From: Steroidobacteraceae bacterium
GTDB lineage: Bacteria; Pseudomonadota; Gammaproteobacteria; Steroidobacterales; Steroidobacteraceae
DNA: 50,223 nt
Direction of reading: 5' to 3'
Assembly: GCA_036501585.1 (NCBI GenBank)
Contig: DASYAC010000188.1
Location: forward strand, 1-50,223
In this document: piece after piece, positions 27,995-35,135 of the stretch
Position numbering within the stretch: the stretch's first letter is position 1
Layout of the letters: each line of letters opens with the position of its first letter
The notes under the pieces: generated by a model
What the model was told of the DNA's origin: nothing
The model's database searches: none
The model's input: the letters and a program-made list of their open reading frames with translations, nothing else
Position numbers and translations under genes: made by a program

Positions 27995-28312
27995 TCACTC
28001 GCTCGGCACGAAGATCCACAGCAGCAGATACACCAGCAGACCCGCCCCCGCGCAAATAAACAGCGCCGCGAAAATGAGCCGCCAAACCCAGGCGGCCATG
28101 CCCGTCGATCGGGCGATGCCGCCGCACACCCCGCCGAACCAGCGATCGTTGCGGCTGCGTCTGAAGGAATTGACCGCGGATACCACGGGGTCGCCGGAAC
28201 GCGCTTGTTCCGAATGCAGCAGGCGCTCCTTGGCCCGTATGAATTCCTCTTCCGTCAGGCTGCCGGACGAGCGCAGTTCGGCGAGCTTGCTCAGCTCATC
28301 ACTCAAGGTCAT
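27995..28312 (-). CDS. SHOCT-PspC domain membrane protein
   Basis: SHOCT-like LSKLAELRSSGSLTEEEFIRAKERLL. PspC-like RSRNDRWFGGVCGGIA followed by a TM segment. ATG 28312 (ORF-track start 28417 trimmed). Confidence 0.75.
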   Translation of the reverse strand: MTLSDELSKLAELRSSGSLTEEEFIRAKERLLHSEQARSGDPVVSAVNSFRRSRNDRWFGGVCGGIARSTGMAAWVWRLIFAALFICAGAGLLVYLLLWIFVPSE

Positions 28313-28402
28313 GGCGCACCCCTCTTGACCGGCCATCTTTACCCAGAACACCGTTATCGCAGAAAAGTCGCACGCGGGCCAAAGCGAGTATGCTCGGCCG
28401 CG

Positions 28403-29137
28403 ATGCAGGCGCCCCATTCACCCTTGAGCGGCTACTACGGCGAGGAACGAGACCGGGCCGGATGGGTGTGCGGTTTGTTCGATCGTACTGCCGCGGACTA
28501 TGACCGGATGGAACGGGCCATGGCCTTCGGCAGCGGCTCGTGGTATCGGCGGCACGCCTTGGCGCGTGCCGGACTCCAGCCGGGGATGAGGGTGCTGGAC
28601 ATCGGGACGGGCACCGGGCTGACGGCGCGGGAGGCTGCGCATCTGGTGGGGCCGGCCGTCGAAGTGATCGGAGTCGATCCGAGCGCGGGCATGATGGAGC
28701 GTGCCAGGGTGCCGGCGGGCGTGCGCCTGGTTCAGGGAACCGCGGAAGAGATCCCATGGCCGGCCTCGTCGGCGGAATTCGTCTCCATGGGGTATGCACT
28801 GCGGCACGTCGGTGATCTGTCGCAGGCGTTGCGGGAATTCATGCGAGTCCTGGCGCCCGGCGGTCGAATCTGTCTGTTGGAGATCACCGCTCCCGATAGC
28901 TGGGTGACCCGCGCGGCCCTCAAGATCTATATGCGCGGTGTCGTTCCGCTCATGGCGCGGTGCATGGCTGCTCACCGCGACATGCCTGAGCTGATGCGCT
29001 ACTACTGGGATACCATCGAGACCTGCGCCCGCCCGGGCCTCATTCTTTCGAGCATGCGCGAGGCCGGTTTCGTCGACGTCTATCGGCACGTGGATCTCGG
29101 GATCTTCTCCGAGTATTGCGGCCGAAAGCTGCCCTAG
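28403..29137 (+). CDS. Class I SAM-dependent methyltransferase (UbiE/MenG-like)
   Basis: SAM motif I VLDIGTGTGL; post-I VIGVDPS; LAPGGRICLLE. ATG 28403 (ORF-track start 27983 is antisense to the pspC-like gene). Confidence 0.88.
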   Translation: MQAPHSPLSGYYGEERDRAGWVCGLFDRTAADYDRMERAMAFGSGSWYRRHALARAGLQPGMRVLDIGTGTGLTAREAAHLVGPAVEVIGVDPSAGMMERARVPAGVRLVQGTAEEIPWPASSAEFVSMGYALRHVGDLSQALREFMRVLAPGGRICLLEITAPDSWVTRAALKIYMRGVVPLMARCMAAHRDMPELMRYYWDTIETCARPGLILSSMREAGFVDVYRHVDLGIFSEYCGRKLP

Positions 29138-29162
29138 CCAGCCCTGGCCAAGCTTACGCCGG

Positions 29163-29948
29163 TTAGCCCGGCTTGCGCCGACGGCGCGGACCGGCGCGCG
29201 CGCGCCTGGCGGCGAGCAGCGGCAGCCGCGGCAGGAACCCCATGAACAGGCGCAGGTGCATCCAGGTGAGCAGGGTGTTGTCGCGCCAGTAGTCGAAGTG
29301 CGAGACACCGCCTTCGTCGGTACGAAAGTAGCGCACGGGTGCGGGCACATTGATCGCCCGCACGCCTCGCCAGGAGAGTCTCACCGCCGCTTCGGCGTCG
29401 AAATCGAAGCGGCGCATCCACCGTTGCCGGAGCATGACCCTCAACAGCGGGGCGATCGGATAGACGCGAAAGCCATACAGCGAATCGCCGATGCCCGACC
29501 AGAGCGTCTCGACGTTCACCCACCAGTTGCAGATTTTACGGCCCCTCACGCGCAGGAGCGGCGCACTCGAATCGAACACCGGGCAGCCCAGGACCATGGC
29601 GGCGGGTTCGCCCTGCGATGCGCGCATGAACTCGGGGATGAGATCGGCGGGGTGCTGCCCGTCCGAGTCCATGGTGAGCGCGTGCGTGAAACCGAGCGCG
29701 GCCGCCTGTTCGAGGCCGTGCAGCACGGCGGCGCCTTTGCCGCGATTCCGCGGCAGCACGAACACTCGAAGGCCGGGCTCGGCGCCGGCCATCGCCGAAA
29801 GACGCGCGGCAGAATCATCGGTGCTCCCGTCGACCACGACCCACACCGGATTCCATCGATTCAAGGCGGCAAGGACCGTGTCGTACACCTTGGACCCGGG
29901 GTTGTAGCTCGGGATGAGCAGCAGATGAGTGGTCGAACGCTCGGCCAT
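29163..29948 (-). CDS. Family 2 glycosyltransferase
   Basis: LLIPSYNPG, VVVDGSTDDS and DXD-type TMDSDGQH. 261 aa. Confidence 0.85.
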   Translation of the reverse strand: MAERSTTHLLLIPSYNPGSKVYDTVLAALNRWNPVWVVVDGSTDDSAARLSAMAGAEPGLRVFVLPRNRGKGAAVLHGLEQAAALGFTHALTMDSDGQHPADLIPEFMRASQGEPAAMVLGCPVFDSSAPLLRVRGRKICNWWVNVETLWSGIGDSLYGFRVYPIAPLLRVMLRQRWMRRFDFDAEAAVRLSWRGVRAINVPAPVRYFRTDEGGVSHFDYWRDNTLLTWMHLRLFMGFLPRLPLLAARRARAGPRRRRKPG

Positions 29949-29949
29949 C

Positions 29950-30714
29950 TCAAGCTCTCTTCAGCCGGCGGGACTCCGAGGGTCCCTCGAGCTCGCGCCG
30001 ATAATACTCCTCGAGCTCGGCGGTGAATGCGAGGACATCCTGCGGCGGCTCGAACCGCCTGCCCAAACGCACCCGATACATGATGGGCAGATCGGGCCGT
30101 CGAAAGAGCGGCCAGCCCTTGCTCAAGAACGGCGAGTCCGTCTCGATGATCAGGGTCTGCACCGGCACGGCCGCGTGCTTGGCGATGAGGCCCACGCTCC
30201 CCACCAGCGAATTGATGGGCGGACGCGTCGTGCGGGTTCCCTCCGGGAACAGGAGCAGCAGGCAGCCGCGCTGCAAGTGGGTCACGGATTCTCTGATCAT
30301 CTGCCGCGACGACTCGTTGGGTACGTAACGCGCCAGGCGCGAGCCGGCGCCGAGGAATACGTTTCTCATCAGCTCGGCCTTCATCACGCACACGACGTTC
30401 GGATGCCGGGTGAGGACGAGCAGCGCATCGATGAGTGAGGGATGATTGGGTGCGAGGATCATGGCCGGCGCCGCGCGCAGCGAGTCGAGGGCGGAGAGAT
30501 CGAGGCGGTAGCTCCTGGTGATCGAAAGCGACCAGGCGTAGATGCGAAAGCCCAGCATGATGCCCCGCCTGCCGACCTTCGTGCCGAGGCTGCGCGGCAG
30601 GAGGTAGTACAGCGGCAGCGCAAACACCGACCAGGTGAGACATATGAGCCCGAGCAACGTCAGCGACGCGTAGAGCGCGAAGTATTCGTATGCGGTCTTG
30701 AGGAGGCGCGGCAT
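29950..30714 (-). CDS. PlsC-type 1-acyl-sn-glycerol-3-phosphate acyltransferase family protein
   Basis: HX4D motif NHPSLIDA plus FPEGTRT. N-terminal TM segment. Confidence 0.85.
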   Translation of the reverse strand: MPRLLKTAYEYFALYASLTLLGLICLTWSVFALPLYYLLPRSLGTKVGRRGIMLGFRIYAWSLSITRSYRLDLSALDSLRAAPAMILAPNHPSLIDALLVLTRHPNVVCVMKAELMRNVFLGAGSRLARYVPNESSRQMIRESVTHLQRGCLLLLFPEGTRTTRPPINSLVGSVGLIAKHAAVPVQTLIIETDSPFLSKGWPLFRRPDLPIMYRVRLGRRFEPPQDVLAFTAELEEYYRRELEGPSESRRLKRA

Positions 30715-30732
30715 CGCTGGCGGGTTCGCTCG

Positions 30733-31536
30733 TCAATCGCGAACTTCGACTCGCTGCGAGGACGTGCGAAGCGGCCACGCTATGCCGAAACCGGCAGTCC
30801 AGTAGTGGTCGCGCTGGACCAGCGGGCTGTCCTCGAATGCCGCACCCGACAGGCTGTCGTAGCGCACGAAGGCACCCACCCAGTATTTGGGAAAACGCTT
30901 CGACAGGGCGGTGAGGAATTCGGTGCCGGCATATCCGCCGGAGGCCTGGTACTCGGGGCGCGAGGGGTTCGCGTATGGCGCCTGCACCGAGTAGAAGTAG
31001 GAGTTGTAGCGGCGGTTCGCGAACAGCGGCCCGGTCAGGAAGCCGAGTTTCCAGGCGTCGTATCCCACGTGGTCCACCAAATCCAGCGCGAAGTCGGGCG
31101 AGAACGTCCAGCCGATCGCCTCCGGCGGCGACTCGATCGCGAACGCCGAGCGCACGGGCATCCTCAAATCCCAATTCACCCGGGCATCCTCGCTCTGCCA
31201 TAGATGAACATCCAACGAGACGCCCGCCTCCACGGTGGGCCGAAGCTCCGGCATGCCGCTGCGAGTCCGGTCGTTGCTCACCGGAGTGGTGGCGTTGAAA
31301 CTCATCTTGAGCTCCAGCCACTCCTGATTGAAGAGGCGGGCATGTACGCCGTCGCGATCGGTCTTGAGGAACGTGCCGTTGTAGAGCACGTACGGCACGG
31401 GCACCGGATATACGTGCGAGCTGTTCGCGCCCCGGTAATCGTCGTAACCGAGGACGCCGACGCCGAGGCCGACCTCCCACAGAGGCTCTTCGGCGGCACG
31501 GCCGGCCGCGGGCGCGAGCCAGGCCGCGAAGAGCAT
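30733..31536 (-). CDS. MipA/OmpV-family outer-membrane protein
   Basis: PLWEVGLGVGVLGYDDYRGANSSHVYPVPVPYVLYNGTFLKTDRDGV is typical of the family, with beta-strand periodicity. ATG 31536 (ORF-track start 32214 overlaps the halogenase). The signal peptide is short, so the start is uncertain. Confidence 0.75.
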   Translation of the reverse strand: MLFAAWLAPAAGRAAEEPLWEVGLGVGVLGYDDYRGANSSHVYPVPVPYVLYNGTFLKTDRDGVHARLFNQEWLELKMSFNATTPVSNDRTRSGMPELRPTVEAGVSLDVHLWQSEDARVNWDLRMPVRSAFAIESPPEAIGWTFSPDFALDLVDHVGYDAWKLGFLTGPLFANRRYNSYFYSVQAPYANPSRPEYQASGGYAGTEFLTALSKRFPKYWVGAFVRYDSLSGAAFEDSPLVQRDHYWTAGFGIAWPLRTSSQRVEVRD

Positions 31537-31544
31537 CGAGCCGA

Positions 31545-32900
31545 TCAGCCGCCGGTCGATGACTCTGACTCGACAGGGCGCATGTTGAGGGCGCGGCGCC
31601 GCGCCGCGCGCCACGAGCGGCCGAGATGCGCCAACGACACCACGTAGTAGACTGCCTTGAACGCCTGGAGCGATCCCCAGATCGGCGTGCGTCCGAAGAT
31701 GTCGCCCGCGAGCACCGACAGGAGCGCCTCCTTCATCCTGAGGACGTTGCGCGGGCCGAGGAACAATTCGCGCATGGCGGGATTGGTGACCCGGTAGATG
31801 AACCAGGAGAATTGCTTCGGCCCACGGCGCACCAGCCGGTCGTACCGCTTCATCGCCCGTGCGGCAAGCTCGGGATGTTTGCAGCACTCGTCGATGGTCT
31901 CGGCCGCCGCCGCAGCGCTGGTCATGGCCAGCATCACGCCGGTGGAGAACACCGGGTCGATGAACGCGTAGGCATCGCCCACCAGAAGGTAGTTGGCGCC
32001 GTGGGTGTGATCGGCGGTGTAGGAATAATTGCCCGTGGCCTCGACTTCGCTCGCAAGCGTCGCGCCGGCGAGCCGTTCCGCCAGCGGCGGACACAAGGCG
32101 ATGGTCGAGAGGAAGAATTCGCGCAGGCCGACCGCCCGGGTCTTCATGTAGCCGGGCCAGGCCACCGCGCCGATGCTGGTGTTGCCGTCGGAAAGCGGAA
32201 TGAACCAGAACCATCCGTGATCGAACCAGTAAATGCCGATGTTGCCCTCGCGCTTGCCGGCCTCGCGTCGCGCGCCGGTGAAATGAGCGTACATGGCAGC
32301 GCTGTTGTGCCTTTTGTTACGCTGCTTCGCCTGGAGGCGATTCGCGAGGAACGTGTCGCGGCCGGTGGCATCGACCAGATACCGGGCATCCCAGCATTCG
32401 GTGCGGCCGTCCTCGTGCACGGCCGCGACGCGGGCGCTTCGCCCCCCGTCCGGGAACCGGACCTCGCGGACGCGACAGCCTTCAATGACGAGCGCGCCCG
32501 CCTCGGCGGCACGGCGGATGAGTATCTCGTCGAACGCCGAGCGCCTGACTTGATAGGAGAGGGCCAGGGATTTGTTCCAGGCGTCCGCGAATTCGAATAC
32601 CTGGTGCCTTCCGTCCCGGGGCGAGATGAACTCTGCGCCCCATTTCTCCATGCCGATGGCGCGGATCCGGTCCGCCACCCCCAGACGCTCGAACAAGGGT
32701 AGATTGGCCGGCAGAAGCGACTCGCCGATGTGAAAGCGCGGATGACGCGCTTTCTCCAACAGGACCACCCGGTAACCGTTTTCGGCCAGCAGAATAGCCG
32801 CCGTGGAGCCGGCCGGGCCGCCCCCCATCACCACAATATCGCACGCACGAGACGCTCCGTCCGTTCCGGCGCCGGCCGCGCCGATCTCGGCGCTCAACAT
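31545..32900 (-). CDS. FAD-dependent halogenase-type oxidoreductase
   Basis: FAD motif GGGPAGSTAA. Flavin-halogenase motifs GWFWFIP (WxWxIP) and FIDPVFSTG (FxxPxxSxG). 451 aa. Confidence 0.85.
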   Translation of the reverse strand: MLSAEIGAAGAGTDGASRACDIVVMGGGPAGSTAAILLAENGYRVVLLEKARHPRFHIGESLLPANLPLFERLGVADRIRAIGMEKWGAEFISPRDGRHQVFEFADAWNKSLALSYQVRRSAFDEILIRRAAEAGALVIEGCRVREVRFPDGGRSARVAAVHEDGRTECWDARYLVDATGRDTFLANRLQAKQRNKRHNSAAMYAHFTGARREAGKREGNIGIYWFDHGWFWFIPLSDGNTSIGAVAWPGYMKTRAVGLREFFLSTIALCPPLAERLAGATLASEVEATGNYSYTADHTHGANYLLVGDAYAFIDPVFSTGVMLAMTSAAAAAETIDECCKHPELAARAMKRYDRLVRRGPKQFSWFIYRVTNPAMRELFLGPRNVLRMKEALLSVLAGDIFGRTPIWGSLQAFKAVYYVVSLAHLGRSWRAARRRALNMRPVESESSTGG

Positions 32901-33044
32901 AACCGTCCGATCGGGAATTTATCCGGCAGGGAGGGTGTCAAAGCAGGGCCTCCGATGACAATTCTGGGTGGAATGAGCGACTCCCTCAAGCCTCCAGCTT
33001 ATCGTGCCGACAAAGAAGGGTCCAACGTCTGTAAAATACCTGTC

Positions 33045-33728
33045 ATGCATATTTTGATCGTTGAAGATGATGAAGTTGCACGCGATTACTTGGCAAAGGC
33101 ACTGCGAGAGGTGGGACACTCGGTAGATGTAGCCGGGGACGGGCTCAAAGGGCTGCACATGGCATCCTCGATCGCGATCGATCTGGCCATCGTCGATCGC
33201 ATGCTGCCCAAGCTCGACGGCTTGGCGCTGGTGCAGTCCCTCCGGGCGACGGGGCGGAAGCTCCCGGTACTCATCTTGAGCGCTCTCGGCGATGTCGATG
33301 ACCGCATCACGGGATTGCGCGCCGGCGGCGATGATTACCTGACGAAGCCCTACCACATGTCGGAGCTCATGGCGCGCATCGACGCGCTCGCCCGGCGCGG
33401 GGACAGCGGCAATTCGGAAACCACCGCGAAATTGAAACTGGCCGACCTCGAGCTCGACCGCATGACGCGCCGTGTGACCCGCAACGGCAAGAAAATCGAG
33501 CTCACCGCGCGCGAGTTTCAGCTGCTCGAGTTCATGATGCGTCATAGCGGCCAGGTCGTGACGCGGACCATGCTGCTCGAAGGGGTCTGGGATTATCATT
33601 TCGATCCGCAGACGAATGTAATCGACGTGCACATCAGCCGCCTGCGGCAGGCCATCGACAAAGATTTCGACAAGCCTCTGCTGCACACGGTGCGCGGCGC
33701 GGGCTACAGCCTGCGCGAAGACGAATAG
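33045..33728 (+). CDS. OmpR-family response regulator
   Basis: MHILIVEDDE receiver domain and winged-helix output domain (LTAREFQLLEFMMRH, VRGAGY). ORF-track start 32730 trimmed. Confidence 0.92.
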   Translation: MHILIVEDDEVARDYLAKALREVGHSVDVAGDGLKGLHMASSIAIDLAIVDRMLPKLDGLALVQSLRATGRKLPVLILSALGDVDDRITGLRAGGDDYLTKPYHMSELMARIDALARRGDSGNSETTAKLKLADLELDRMTRRVTRNGKKIELTAREFQLLEFMMRHSGQVVTRTMLLEGVWDYHFDPQTNVIDVHISRLRQAIDKDFDKPLLHTVRGAGYSLREDE

Positions 33729-35122
33729 TGACCGCCTGGCGCCGCCGCGTGCTGAGCGCCGATCAGAGGTTCCTCGGGCTGCTCGATACCTCGCCGGTCC
33801 GAATCGCCATCGCCTATTCGATGGTATTCGCCTGCGGCGCCGCGCTCCTCCTGGGGGTGGTGGATTTCGCGGTCTCGCGGATCGTCGACGGCAGTACCGA
33901 CAATCTCATCGAGGCCGAGGTACAGGGCCTGCGCGAACAAGTGCTGGTGCTGTCGCGGAGCGACTTCATCGAACTGATCGAGCAGCGTTCGCAGGATCAG
34001 GACGTGCGCGGCGCGGTATACCTCATGGTCGATCCGCAGCTCCGTCCGGTCGCCGGCAACGTGCCCGCCTGGCCGAAAATGGGATCCAACGACGACAAAT
34101 GGATTCAATTCAAGGTGTCCGTGCCGTTCGGCGACGAGACCCGGGAGCACGAGATGCGCGCTCAGCGGTTCCGACTGCCCGGCGGCTACCGCATGCTGGT
34201 CGGGCACGACGTGCAGGAGCGTCAGGACGTGAAGAACCTGATGATGCGCGGATTGATCGCGGCCGTCGTGCTGACCCTCCTGCTCGGACTCGGCGGCGGT
34301 TTCTGGATGGGGCGGCGCATTCTGGCGCAGGCCGGCGCCATATCGGCGGTCGCGACCCAGATCATGCGCGGCGACCTCTCGCAGCGGCTGCCGGTGCGCA
34401 ATGCGGACGACGAAATAAACACCCTGGCGCGCGAGATCAACAGCATGCTCGACAAGATCGAGCAGCTCACGCTCGGCATGCGCACCGTCCTCGACAGCGC
34501 GGCGCACGATCTGCGTACGCCGCTCAACCGCCTGCAGGCGACTGCCGAGGGCGCGATGAGCGGACTTGCGCCGGGCTCTCCGGAGCGCAAGGTGATCGAG
34601 CGGGTCACGACCGAGGTGGATCACATGCGCTCGACCCTCGATGCGCTGTTGAGGATCGCGCTTGCGGAGACCGGCACCGTGGCCCGCGAGCCGGTGAATC
34701 TCTCCGAGCTGGTCGCGAGCCTGGTCGAGCTGTACGCGCCGGTGAGCGAGGAGCGAGGAATCCAGCTCGAAAGCTCGGTGGCGCCGGGAGCCGAAGTGCA
34801 GGGGAGCCGCCAGCTCCTCGCGCAGGCGCTCGCGAACCTGCTCGACAACGCCATCAAGTTCACGCCCGACGGAGGCCGGATACGCGTCCTTCTCAAGGCG
34901 CCGGGCGGCGCGCCCGAGGTCGTCGTCGAGGACGACGGACCGGGGATACCCGCGGACAAGCGCGAGCTCGTTCTGGGCCGGCGCGTGCGGCTCGACGAGG
35001 CGCGCAAGGTCCCGGGCTCGGGAATGGGATTGTCGCTGGTGGCCGCGGTGACCAAACTGCACGGTGCCCGCTTGATTCTCGACGACGCGGCGCCCGGATT
35101 GCGGGTGTCGCTCAAATTCTGA
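33728..35122 (+). CDS. Sensor histidine kinase (two TM segments, HAMP, HisKA, HATPase_c)
   Basis: H-box DSAAHDLRTPLN; N-box LLDNAIKF; G-boxes DDGPGIP and GSGMGLSLV. GTG start overlaps the regulator stop by 1 nt. Confidence 0.9.
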   Translation: MTAWRRRVLSADQRFLGLLDTSPVRIAIAYSMVFACGAALLLGVVDFAVSRIVDGSTDNLIEAEVQGLREQVLVLSRSDFIELIEQRSQDQDVRGAVYLMVDPQLRPVAGNVPAWPKMGSNDDKWIQFKVSVPFGDETREHEMRAQRFRLPGGYRMLVGHDVQERQDVKNLMMRGLIAAVVLTLLLGLGGGFWMGRRILAQAGAISAVATQIMRGDLSQRLPVRNADDEINTLAREINSMLDKIEQLTLGMRTVLDSAAHDLRTPLNRLQATAEGAMSGLAPGSPERKVIERVTTEVDHMRSTLDALLRIALAETGTVAREPVNLSELVASLVELYAPVSEERGIQLESSVAPGAEVQGSRQLLAQALANLLDNAIKFTPDGGRIRVLLKAPGGAPEVVVEDDGPGIPADKRELVLGRRVRLDEARKVPGSGMGLSLVAAVTKLHGARLILDDAAPGLRVSLKF

Positions 35123-35135
35123 CAGGAGGATTCGG

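Noticed and set aside
33091-33106. Sigma-54-like element TGGCAAaggcaCTGCG with correct GG/GC spacing.
   Set aside because: It lies inside the response-regulator coding region. The -12 element lacks the TTGC core, and no gene start lies downstream. It is probably a chance match.
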